A stretch of DNA of 42,462 nucleotides, taken from Nemertoderma westbladi. Its lineage: Eukaryota > Animalia > Xenacoelomorpha. A program made the position numbers and the translations under genes. This document shows positions 1 through 10,452 of the stretch, piece by piece. The DNA lies in contig JAUCBJ010008233.1 in NCBI GenBank assembly GCA_032718475.1, positions 1 through 42,462 of the forward strand. The letters are read 5' to 3'. Positions within the stretch are counted from its first letter, which is position 1. Every line of letters begins with the position of its first letter. The notes beneath the pieces were generated by a model. That model was not told where the DNA came from. It worked only from the letters and a program-made list of their open reading frames with translations, and searched no databases.

Positions 1-1740
1 AACCGGTGGGCGAATGACAGCATTTGAAACAACTGGCCTTGTAGGTCGAAACGTCATTGGGTAAGCGTAATGTGTAACGGGTTTAGGTGTCAAAGGTGGA
101 CTCACCTGTTTTGTCGTCAGTAGCGCAGGTCCGGTCAATAAACTACTACGATCCGTAATCGGTGGGTTACTTACCTTGACTTTCAGAATGGGCGACGACG
201 TTGCTCTTGGCGGTGTAAACTCGTCCGGAATAACAAACCTGTGCTCCGTCGCACCATGGATAGGAGAAATGTTACTACTACCCGCAATCGAAACAGGTTC
301 CTTAGTCGTAACCGGTGCAAACATATGAGTTACCTGTGGGAATCGTTGACACACGTCTTTTACTAATTGTCGTTCCCGTCCGGGTGCTCCTACGCTTCCT
401 TCCTTCTTTCGTTCCTGAATTTGGCGATGTCTTACCTCTAACTGGTCCAAGTCATGTCCGTCTCGAGATCTCATCGATCGATCGCGGGCTTGTAGATCCA
501 GATCTTCCTTGGCGTTGGCTAATTCTCTCGCCTTCCTCCCGAGTTCGAAATGAAGTTTAACTTCCTTCTCGCGTTGTTCCGTCTGTCGTTGTTGCGCCTC
601 GAACTCTGCTTGTCGTATAGCTGACTGAGCCTTTATTTGCCGTGTTTTCATCTCGGCTCTCGCTTCTGATACTAACCTCTGTCTCTCTAACTCGGCCGCA
701 GCTGTTCGTTGCGCTAACTCGGCCGCTGCCACTTGTTGTGCAATGTCCAACTCTAACCTTTCCATCTCAGCCGCTTCCAACTCGGCTTGTTCTTGCAGAT
801 GAGAGATTCTTGCAACATCCGCAACGCGTAGTTTTTCTTCTTCTACCGCCGCTTGTGCCGTCAACAATTGAGCTTGTTCCTCCGCTTCCCGTTGTTGTCT
901 ATCCACTTGTTGTTGCTGTCTGGAAATTTCTGACGTCACGATACTTATCTCGCCAATTTCGCTGCGAATACTCACTAACGATTGGTCCAGTATTCCCGGT
1001 GCCGATTCGATTCGTACGGGTGAAGTTTCCCTCGTATATTCCGGCACGGTTTCCAAATCGCCGACGTCTTCGCCGCACATACGTAAGTGGTCCGTCAGAT
1101 GTTTCAATTGTCCATCCAGTCGGTACAGTTCCTGTTCTTCCTCGGGCTGCAATAATTCGTCCGAAACTGACTCACCTAACAACTGGTCCGCTTGTTCCTG
1201 TTGTATCTGTCTAATCGTCGACTTAAACTGAATCAGTTTCTCTCTAGCGATCATTAGTTTCCCGAGGATTCTAAGTTGAGTATCCATGTCCTGTCTCTGT
1301 CTAGCTAGATCTTGTAGGCCAACTAGATTATCTACGGACTTATATACTTTACTCTGTACTCTAACCTGGAGGGTGTAGAACTCGAATCGAGACATCGGAG
1401 CGGTCAACCCGTCTAATATGCGTTGGCCTTCTCCAATACTCCTGGTAATATGCGCCATATAACCTCCGACGCTCCTAACAACACTTTCTGTGCTTCCTGC
1501 TGAACTTACCATTTCCGTTTCCCTATATCTAGGTTGCGGAACAGTTAGAAAGTCCTCGGTCCTGCCGTCGCCTCGTACTACGGCATCCGGTACTCCCGTT
1601 GGATGTACTGGTGACGCACACGGTGTAGGTTCGGTAGGCTCGCGAGTCTTCCCCTGTTGTTCTTCCGCTGCTGACTTATCTCCGTCGCATGAGTCATAGT
1701 CGGTTTGTGTATTCTTCGTATAGTCTTGTTTGTCACTCAT
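1..1740 (-). CDS. N-terminal part (580 aa, runs off window) of an LTR-retrotransposon gag/polyprotein, BEL/Pao-like
   Basis: Manual translation from the ATG at 1740 (MSDKQDYTKNTQTDYDSCDG...) is open to position 1. It is missing from the ORF track because no stop lies in the window. It contains RSVGGYMAHITR (resembles the BEL gag N-terminal R..gG..g.iTr motif), a long E/Q/R/A coiled-coil (~480-920) and a Pro-rich stretch, and it lies downstream of an LTR-like region. Confidence 0.75.
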   Translation of the reverse strand, partial: MSDKQDYTKNTQTDYDSCDGDKSAAEEQQGKTREPTEPTPCASPVHPTGVPDAVVRGDGRTEDFLTVPQPRYRETEMVSSAGSTESVVRSVGGYMAHITRSIGEGQRILDGLTAPMSRFEFYTLQVRVQSKVYKSVDNLVGLQDLARQRQDMDTQLRILGKLMIAREKLIQFKSTIRQIQQEQADQLLGESVSDELLQPEEEQELYRLDGQLKHLTDHLRMCGEDVGDLETVPEYTRETSPVRIESAPGILDQSLVSIRSEIGEISIVTSEISRQQQQVDRQQREAEEQAQLLTAQAAVEEEKLRVADVARISHLQEQAELEAAEMERLELDIAQQVAAAELAQRTAAAELERQRLVSEARAEMKTRQIKAQSAIRQAEFEAQQRQTEQREKEVKLHFELGRKARELANAKEDLDLQARDRSMRSRDGHDLDQLEVRHRQIQERKKEGSVGAPGRERQLVKDVCQRFPQVTHMFAPVTTKEPVSIAGSSNISPIHGATEHRFVIPDEFTPPRATSSPILKVKVSNPPITDRSSLLTGPALLTTKQVSPPLTPKPVTHYAYPMTFRPTRPVVSNAVIRPPV

Positions 1741-1822
1741 TTCGGTAGTTGTAAGTCAAGTAAAGTGAGTGTCAAAGTATCAAACTTACCGTATTTTATC
1801 TAAACGGTACTAATTACAGTCT

Positions 1823-1948
1823 TATAAAATTAGCCTACCGGCCGATTTTATAGCAGATGGATAAAATTAGCCTAAACGGCCAATTTTACAGCAAAATAAA
1901 TGTCACGGAATAAGTATATAATAAAATTAGCCTAGCGGCCAATTTTAT
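1823..1948. repeat. Three imperfect palindromic ~29-bp repeats in the retroelement 5' leader
   Basis: ATAAAATTAGCCTA(c/aa/g)CGGCC(g/a)ATTTTA at ~1823, 1861 and 1921. Each copy can fold into a hairpin. Confidence 0.8.
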
Positions 1949-4040
1949 AACAAATAAATCGGATAACGATATGCGTTATCAAAGGGTAAATTAAATACAA
2001 TAATACGGACTAATTCAGCAATGAACAAAGAAATCATACGGAATGCATAAATACTTGAGACAGTGGAACCCACAATAATTTTAACTAATACGGTAATGCC
2101 TAACTTATTTATGCAACTTTTCGAACTCACCCACTCCAATAATTCTCCAGAAAAACAGATTCCCAGATACAAACCGGACGTGAACCTTTCCGTTTTTAAC
2201 GTTGCGGACGAAACGCGATTTTCCCAACCAAAGTTGTTGAGTTATCTATCTCCCAAACTTGCTAAACACGGTCTTGCTCCCGTTACAGTCTAGAAATGAG
2301 TTCTGAATCCTGAAAAACAAAAGAGTTAGGTTTTACTTTACGAAAATTTTGTACCGGTACAATATGGTATTTAAACCCTTTTAAACACCGGTATTCAATT
2401 CCAAAATATTTTACACGCGGTTCAAATCAAATTTTATTTCAAAAAATTAGCACTTAGCTAATCAAATACAAATTTTTTACCTCAAAATACAGAATTTTCA
2501 AATAACTTTAGTCCTACCGAACCGTAGTTCAGTAAAACATATTCCTACTAAATTGGAGAGATACGCCTATTCCTACTAATTGGAAAAGACGGTAACAATA
2601 CCTGCAATATCCTACTGTAAAGTTTGTAAATCAAATCATAAATCCGACCTTCTCACCAAAACAGTAAACCCTAAGTAAGCGAATATATTGCAGTATCGAT
2701 CTCTTTTAACCGGTGAGGCAGAAAACAGTCTACGAGCAGACAAACTTCGATAAAACAAATCCCGCGCAGCGAATCCTAAAATCAGGCTGACTCACTGACG
2801 GACTAAGAGGCTCGTATACTTTGCCGCGGTGTGATTTATATGGTTGGGCAAAGAGACGCTAGCTAGGTATAGAGCAGATTTGGAGATGTCTAACTAGCGA
2901 GCAAAGTGCAGTAAGGACGAAAGTTAATTTTATATATTTTGAGGTGTAAATAATTTCTAACGCGCGTGTGTTAATTCTGAACAGTCAAAGCAGTTTTGCT
3001 CCTTCACATATATAATTACTGGGTACGGTGTGCATTTTACGAATATTCTAATTTTATAACTTGTAGGTCCAATACTCACGAATGATAAGGTTCCTTCCCC
3101 TCTTGCGTATTTCCAGGACTCAAATTCAGGCATAAAGTTAATACTACGCCCAGAATTCGGCAATTTTAGGTACCAGGTCCCTGATACTAAGAAGAGATGT
3201 GTTAGTTTACTACTGTAGGCGTACAGGTACTAATAGCTATCCTGGCTCCTATCTAGAATTTTAGTCACCCAGGTAGTCCGGGTAACTTCCTATTAGGGCG
3301 TTGGCGGGGACACGGTAGATGTTAGTATATCCCTGATAGCCTCAATTTATTTGCGCCTAGCGTAAACTGCCCTACCGCCTGAACGGTACAATCCCAATTC
3401 AGGTGAAAACACAGCAACCCCTTTAGCCTACAAGTTCCGATGTAATGGACACTGTCGTACGGCAAATAGTCGCACGCACACCTGTACTTAGCAAGAGTTA
3501 AGCGTACAGTTTGCTGCACCCTAACCAATGTGTATGCCTTGTACCGGTGTGCCTACGTCCTATCTGCGTACTAGTATCTGCTCTCTCTCCCTCCCCCCGT
3601 AGGAATATGAAGGTCTACTGCGGTTTTTTCCTGAGTCAAGACAGTACAGTCCCTATGATGTAATTTTGGGCTTACAGCGTGTCACTACGTCTACCTTTGA
3701 TCTTTTGGTCTTACACTTAGGTAGCAAGGATCGAACGCTGTCTAACCTTTCAGGCGATGGGCGAATAACTCTAAGATGGTATTGCGGGTTGTCTCTCGTC
3801 TACATTCCTGTGATGTTCCCGTTCATTGCTGCGGCCCGATCTCTAGCCGGCCATCCTGTCCCTGAGTTTGTTCACCGTAGTGAAACCATAGTAAAACAGA
3901 TAGAAAAGCTGAGATGTGACTAGTATTTCTGACTTTATTACAAAAGATATAATAACTATTATACAATAAACAATGTAATCTGAAATAAGACAGAAAGGAT
4001 TGAGAGTGAATGATAGAAGTGAACTAATGAACAAATCGCA

Positions 4041-4189
4041 CCTTTATATACTAAATTTGTGCCGCAATCAATCGAGAAAATTCTCGATTGTTCTATGGGT
4101 TCTAACGGGGTTTTAAAGATAGCTATTGGTCCAGCTAATATATAACTTGCACGACATTGGTTACAATCAAATAACTACAGCCTCATTGG
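4041..4189 (-). promoter_or_regulatory. Pol II promoter of the LTR: TATA, HSE-like palindrome, 3 CCAAT boxes
   Basis: CCTTTATATA at 4041-4050; CAATCGAGAA-AA-TTCTCGATTG at 4069-4090 (contains nGAAnnTTCn); ATTGG at 4125, 4156 and 4185. Confidence 0.6.
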
Positions 4190-4246
4190 TACAGACAAAT
4201 GCAATTAATTTGTAGCGGTTAATTTAAATGAGTTGAAATTCTGCAC

Positions 4247-4333
4247 AAAAAATAATTCGCACTTACTAGGATTCGAACTCGATACCTACTACACATATAA
4301 TTTCCAACGCTCTACCAACTGAGCTACTGAACC
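4247..4333 (-). ncRNA. tRNA-like Pol III cassette (A box, B box, T6 terminator) inside the LTR; not a functional tRNA
   Basis: The - strand reads GGTTCAGTAGCTCAGTTGGTAGAGCG...GAGTTCGAATCC...TTTTTT. A box 4312-4326, B box 4269-4280, T6 4247-4252. Acceptor and anticodon stems do not pair. Confidence 0.6.
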
Positions 4334-5756
4334 ACTTGACCGATAGATACACAATAGATAGGACCAATACGAATGAGAACTCAAAGCAATCTTTACAAAG
4401 TTAATCCGAATAAAATAAAATTTTGAAAATCCACGGCATTTAGGGAATATAATTCTATACCGCTCCATGAAAACAGGATATTATCGTGCATAAAATATAC
4501 GGTTTTCACCAATAATCAATCAAACTATAGAATACTTAGGGCGTACTTACATATTTACAATTAAATTTCAAACAATACTTCCTTTCTACGTAATGATTCG
4601 ATACAAAAATAATTACAAATTCAAACTTTACGTAGTTAAGGCTTTACTAAGTAAGTACAATATAAATCTAAATTAAATTCACCAATATAAATCTATTGCA
4701 TCTCAGATATTGCATAAATTCAAACAATTACAAATACAAATAAATGAAAACAATAAGAAAGGCTCGCGAGTCTTCCATCTACTATTGCATCCCAAATATT
4801 GCATAAATTCAAGTAATTACAAATACTTTCGTACCTAAATGTAGATTGCATAGGTTTGGAATAATTACAAATATGAGTCTTTCTGAGCACAAAATTTTCT
4901 GTCTATAAAACTTTCTCTTTTGGTACAAATACTGCTTATAAAATATAAATTGCATAATATTCGGAACAATATAAATTGCATAAGTTCGAAATAATCACGT
5001 AAATATAAAATATAAATTCTTACTAAATATAAATCTTACTAAATATAAGTCTTTACTTAAATATAAATATAAACTGCATTAGTTTAGAATAATATAAACC
5101 TTTGCATCTCAAATATGAAACATAAATCTTTCAAATATAAGTTCCTTCTAAACTTTCTAAATTTCATAAATTCGGAACAATACAAATTGCATAAGTTTGG
5201 AATAAGCACAAATATAAAATATAAGTTTTTACTAAATATGAGTCTCTTTCAGAATACAAAACTTTCTAAATATAAAACATATAATTCAAATAAATCACAA
5301 ATCATAAGAAAGGCTCACGAGTCTTCCGTCCACCCTTGCCCTCCCTTTTATCGCTTAGTTGATCGAGCCCTGCCGCGTCCTCGTAAACTGCGCACAGGTG
5401 ACTTTGCTCGCGATATGGGACTTGTGGGGCGAGTCACTGGTTTACTTGGGACGTTGAGAGACGGTGCAACTATTTCCTCGCAAATTCGTCTATTTGGCAT
5501 CCCAAAACCTTGACCAATTCCTACGACGACTACATGCTCTAAAACCCCCAAAAATGATTTCAGGTCAAAATGTCGAAAGAGTCAAATTGTCGAACAGGTC
5601 AAAATGTCGAAAGAGTCAAGTTGTCGAACAGCCATGTCAAATTATCGAAAAAGCTTTCGACACAGACATGCCAAATTGTCGAAAGAATTAATTAATAAAT
5701 GAATGTTGTAGGCCTATTAATGAACTTAACTTTATACTTTATACTTTATACATTAT

Positions 5757-5846
5757 ACTAAACTTGTAGGCCTATTAATGAATGAATGAGTGGTACTAAA
5801 CTTGTAGGCCTATTAATGAATGAATGAGTGGTACTAAACCTGTAGG
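5757..5846. repeat. 38-bp tandem repeat (~2.4 copies) in the MULE 5' region
   Basis: ACTAAACTTGTAGGCCTATTAATGAATGAATGAGTGGT repeated with period 38. Confidence 0.85.
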
Positions 5847-5963
5847 TACTTTCAGTTTGGTGCAATATAATACACTAAACCACACTGGAGTAAGTCATTA
5901 CCTGTTTACTAGATGTTATAATATCATAATTTTATGATTTAATAGGTTATAGCATAAGCCCTT

Positions 5964-7622
5964 ATGGAGTTCAATCCTGTCCCCGCTAAATTCGTTGAGT
6001 CCGCTGTTAAGAAACATAAGGTAATACAATTCAATAGTTTGAGATGGCCCGGAACTGTCCTCGAGTTTCAACAAAGTAAGACTTATAAAGATAACATATA
6101 CTATAAATGCTCACAGTGTATTAAGCGTGGACCAAATACCAGTGTTGCGACAATAATGGTCACTAACGGTACTATTCAGACTGATCCGGACCATCCCGAC
6201 AATAATATGACATATATATATGATATGATATAATATGACTATAACAAAAAACCGCACGGATGTGTACCAACAGTTGATTGCAAAGTGGCAAACGTACAAG
6301 CTAAGCGACATATGTATGAAATCACAACAGAAGTTAGAAATAGCCGGAAGCGTCCAAGAGAAGCGTTCGATAGAGCCCTGCAATCTGTCGATATTAAGTA
6401 CCAGGAGTATGGAGGACAGGTAGCTGCCGAAATTAAGGGGAAACTATCTGCTGGGTACGGCTTCGACTCAAAACGTTGGTCATTAAGCAGAAACCGACAC
6501 CGTGAGATTCCTAAATATTATATTAGTATTTATATAGTATTTATGTATATAGTATTTATAACATACCAGATCAGTTAAAGGTGACCAAGCCCAGTTCTTA
6601 TCGGTTCCTCTTAATCAATGAAATTATTGAGGGAGAAGAAATACTGTTCTATTCAGCAGACGATGATCTACGCTTGTTAAATAATTGCGAAGTTGTCATC
6701 TGTGATGGGAACTTTAAGTTTACACCTCCCGAATTTCACAACCTGGGTGAAATGTATACAGTGCATGGTGTGGTGGGTGGAGAGCCCCATCGTTTAGGAT
6801 ACGCTCTGATGAAGGGACAATCGGAAGGAAGCTACATCAGGATGTTTACTGCTTTAAGAGATAACATTTATCATCTTTGCGGTGAAGGTGGCAGAATTAA
6901 TACAGCTAAGTGGCTTTTCGATTTCGAACTTGAAGCAATGAATGCTTGAATATAGTTTTCCCAATGGTGACCGTGTTAGGTTGTGCTTTTCATTTCGCTA
7001 AGGCCATAAACGAGAAGCGAGACAGCCTTGGCCTCAAAGGTGTTTGTGTTGAAGATACAGCAGAGGGTAAAACTGTAAAGTATTGGTTCAAAGAGATTCG
7101 TTCTTTACCATTCCTTCCCGATGGGTATCACTATCAGGTTGCCTATACTCTGATCAATGAACAGCTACCAAACCTGTCCGCTTTAACAGCCAATAAAGTT
7201 TTCCAATTTCGACAATATTTTATTGGATTTTGGCTTCGGCAGGATGTCAGGATGTCATCAGATGGGGACAGTTCGGAAATACCGGCCCTAGGACCAGCAA
7301 CTATGCCGAAGGTTTCCACAGTGGGCTTCATTCCCGGCTCACCAGCCTCCATCCGTGCCTTGGAGAGATCCTGGAATTTTTCCAGTTAAATCAACATACT
7401 TCCCAGCAGCGCATGAAGGCCTTGCTAGAACCGAATTCTATTGCTGTTCCCAAACCAAAGTCTCCACATATCCAGATACGGGACCAACGGTTGGTTGAGG
7501 AGATGGGGCGATTCGCAAACTACATGGCTGCATGGCCTAATAACATTTATTATAATGACTGTAAGATGTACATGCGTTGTTTGATGGTCATTGGACTGGT
7601 ACCCCAGGTTTTAGAGGAGTAA
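5964..7622 (+). pseudogene. FLYWCH-like + MULE DDE transposase, frameshifted
   Basis: Motifs YYKCSQC, IPDQLKVT, ICDGNFKFTP (D1), WLFDFELEAMNA (D2), GCAFHFAKAI (CxxH) and RTSNYAEGFHS (E) are split over 5 ORFs. The breaks are AT-rich indels, a 1-bp loss near 6946 and an 8-bp duplication at 7241-7256. Confidence 0.9.
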
Positions 7623-8466
7623 TGCCCAATGGTCAGCTAGTCAAGATAACTCTTACTGTATAGGCCTAATTGCCCATTGCTATTGAGATATTATACACAA
7701 TTCTTTAGCCATATCAATTATCAGGTTTCCAATTTCTCAGGTTCAACAATTTAGTAGCAAATTTCAAAAGTATCTAAAAAAGGATAAGCGCCATATTATC
7801 GAAAGGGTTGCGCCATGTTGTCGAAAAAAAATTCGACATTTTGACATGCCCAAAAACTTTTTCGACAATTTGACTCTACTTTTCGACAATTTGTCTCTTT
7901 CGACATTTTGGCTCTTTCGACATTTTGACCATAAGCCCCAAAAATGACCCCCCCCCCCCCCCCCCCTCCGCTAAATGGCAGGTCTCCTTTGCTAATTCCC
8001 GTATACAAACACGGTACTCGTGGATGCCTTGGAACTCATGACACATTATTGAAAGTTTATTATTTACTCACAAGTCTAGAAAACTAGATAATATATTTGT
8101 AATATGATAATTTATTTGTCAATATAACACGATTAACTGATACTCGTTTAATTAAACGTAAACCTTTGATGAAATTAAAAAATTCCTTCCAAATCCTTGC
8201 CTGTAATCAATAATTAATTAAAAGTTTAGTTGTTTTGTTGGGTTAACTTAGCAGCCTATCCCAGTACATGATTTCCCATCTCCTCAACCAGGGGAACTAC
8301 TATATAGTTTAAACTATGTAAGCTATTTATAACAGCCAATAGAAAGCCGGGCTTTTCCTACCATCCACCTAAGCAAGCTACTCCCTTCCTCACATCCACG
8401 CTACTCGCGACCTTAGCTCTAGCCTACTCTCAACCTTAGATTTACCACAGTCCTTAGGTATTCTGC

Positions 8467-8607
8467 CTGAGCTACTGAACCACTTGACCGATAGATACAC
8501 AATAGATAGGACCAATACGAATGAGAACTCAAAGCAATCTTTACAAAGTTAATCCGAATAAAATAAAATTTTGAAAATCCACGGCATTTAGGGAATATAA
8601 TTCTATA
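8467..8607 (-). repeat. 141-bp exact direct repeat of 4319-4459 (truncated LTR start)
   Basis: CTGAGCTACTGAACC...GGGAATATAATTCTATA reads identically at both positions. Confidence 0.95.
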
Positions 8608-8857
8608 GATATAGTACAGCAATATTATCCTTTGCAATATTTGTTCTGTAGCTTGGTAGATGGTAGTCAGTTTGTGATTGAGTATTTAAGTGATGAATAT
8701 CTCGGTTTATAAGAAGTTTAGATTTTAGTTCAATGGGAAAAAGAGAATGGCCCATTCTGTATTTATACAAAAATATTACGCACTGAAAACGAAAGATATT
8801 TTTTAGCTTTAAAATGTTTAACTTTGAAAACAGTTCAGCAGTATGATGTTTGTTAGG
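8608..8857 (-). pseudogene. C-terminal ORF2 fragment of a CR1-group (L2/Crack-like) LINE
   Basis: HHTAELFSKLNILKLKNIFRFQCVIFLYKY...NRDIHHLNTQSQTDYHLPSYRT matches the typical HT..LF..L.IL / H.yNTR tail of CR1-group ORF2. It is cut by the LTR on one side and the satellite on the other. Confidence 0.75.
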
Positions 8858-9600
8858 GATAGGAGTAGCGCCCACCCCTACCCTCGGGTAGCAGATAGGA
8901 GTAGCGCCCACCCCTACCTTCGAGTAACGTCCACCCCTACCCTCGGGTAGCAGATAGGAGTAGCACCCACCCCTACCCTCGGGTAGCAGATAGGAGTAGC
9001 GCCCACCCCTACCCTCGGGTAGCAGATAGGAGTAGCGCCCACCCCTACCTTCGGGAAGCAGATAGGAGTAGCGCCCACCCCTACCTTCGGGAAGCAGATA
9101 GGAGTAACGTCCACCCCTACCCTCGGGTAGCAGATAGGAGTAGCACCCACCCCTACCCTCGGGTAGCAGATAGGAGTAGCGCCCACCCCTACCCTCGGGT
9201 AGCAGATAGGAGTAGCGCCCACCCCTACCTTCGGGTAGCAGATAGGAGTAACGCCCACTCCTACCTTCGGGTAGCAGATAGGAGTAACGTCCACCCCTAC
9301 CTTCGGGTAGCAGATAGGAGTAGTGCCCACCCCTACCTCCTACCTTCGTGTAGCAGATATATGAGTAGCACCCACCCCTACCTTCGGGTAGCAGATAGGA
9401 GTAACGCCCACTCCTACCTTCGGGTAGCAGATAGGAGTAACGTCCACCCCTACCTTCGGGTAGCAGATAGGAGTAACGCCCACTCCTACCTTCGGGTAGC
9501 AGATAGGAGTAACGTCCACCCCTACCTTCGGGTAGCAGATAGGAGTAACGCCCATCCCTACCTTCGGGAAGCAGATAGGAGTAGCGCCCACCCCTACCTT

Positions 9601-9751
9601 TAGACACTACTTTAGACATTAGTGCCTACGCCAACCCAGCGGTATAATGAGAACCTAGCTTTGCTGGGGTAATGATAATAAAAGCGCTTTGAGTATGCTG
9701 AGCGTAGAAAAGCGCTATATAAATAACCAATATTATTATTATTATTATTAT
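9601..9751 (+). mobile_element. 5'-truncated L2-type LINE/SINE 3' tail, copy 1
   Basis: AAAGCGCTTTGAG...GAAAAGCGCTATATAAAT...(TAT)n is the canonical L2-clade 3' end. It is flanked by TACCTT at 9595-9600 and 9752-9757 (probable TSD). Confidence 0.8.
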
Positions 9752-10452
9752 TACCTTCGGGTAGCAGATAGGAGTAGCGCCCACCCCTACCTTCGGGTAG
9801 CAGATAGGAGTAGCGTCCACCCCTACCCTCGGGTAGCAGATAGGAGTAGCGCCAACCCCTACCTTCGGGTTGCAGCAGATGGAGTAGTGCCCACCCCTAC
9901 CTTCGGGTAGCAGATAGGAGTAGCGCCCACCCCTACCTTCGGGAAGCAGATAGGAGTAACGTCCACCCCTACCCTCGGGTAGCAGATAGGAGTAGCACCC
10001 ACCCCTACCCTCGGGTAGCAGATAGGAGTAGCGCCCACCCCTACCCTCGGGTAGCAGATAGGAGTAGCGCCCACCCCTACCTTCGGGTAGCAGATAGGAG
10101 TAACGCCCACTCCTACCTTCGGGTAGCAGATAGGAGTAACGTCCACCCCTACCTTCGGGTAGCAGATAGGAGTAGTGCCCACCCCTACCTCCTACCTTCG
10201 TGTAGCAGATATATGAGTAGCACCCACCCCTACCTTCGGGTAGCAGATAGGAGTAACGCCCACTCCTACCTTCGGGTAGCAGATAGGAGTAACGTCCACC
10301 CCTACCTTCGGGTAGCAGATAGGAGTAACGCCCACTCCTACCTTCGGGTAGCAGATAGGAGTAACGTCCACCCCTACCTTCGGGTAGCAGATAGGAGTAA
10401 CGCCCATCCCTACCTTCGGGAAGCAGATAGGAGTAGCGCCCACCCCTACCTT

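Larger units (their letters stand above)
3320..4459 (-). mobile_element. LTR (~1.1 kb) of the BEL/Pao-like element; inner boundary approximate
   Basis: Order on the - strand: three CCAAT boxes (4185, 4156, 4125), an HSE-like palindrome (4069-4090), TATA (TATATAAAGG, 4041-4050) and AATAAA (3934-3939). The ends are imperfect inverted repeats (TGTTAGTATATCCCTGATAGCC vs TATAGAATTATATTCCCTAAATGCC). A purine-rich GGAGCGG lies just outside at 4460-4466. No clear PBS was recognised. Confidence 0.6.
5556..7937 (+). mobile_element. Mutator-like (MULE) DNA transposon with repeat-built TIRs
   Basis: Inverted termini (~5556-5690 and ~7795-7937) are made of tandem GTCAAA(A/T)TGTCGAA units. The direct repeat CCCCAAAAATGA at 5546-5557 and 7936-7947 contains an 8-9 bp TSD. 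The element encloses transposase remnants. Confidence 0.9.
4460..8466 (-). mobile_element. Probable 3' internal region of a second, internally deleted copy of the LTR element (interrupted by the MULE)
   Basis: Bounded by the 141-bp LTR-start direct repeats. Contains AT-rich degenerate repeats (4600-5300) and ends in the PPT-like GGAGCGG abutting the LTR. Confidence 0.45.

Noticed and set aside
315-1699. + strand ORFs of 69-190 aa
   Set aside because: Antisense shadows of the long - strand gag-like frame.
3140-3320. Candidate primer-binding sites for the LTR element
   Set aside because: Only weak partial resemblance to tRNA 3' ends and no TGG start next to the presumed LTR end; cannot be supported.
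4247-4333. Functional tRNA gene (likewise 12659-12730)
   Set aside because: A and B boxes are present, but acceptor and anticodon stems cannot be formed.
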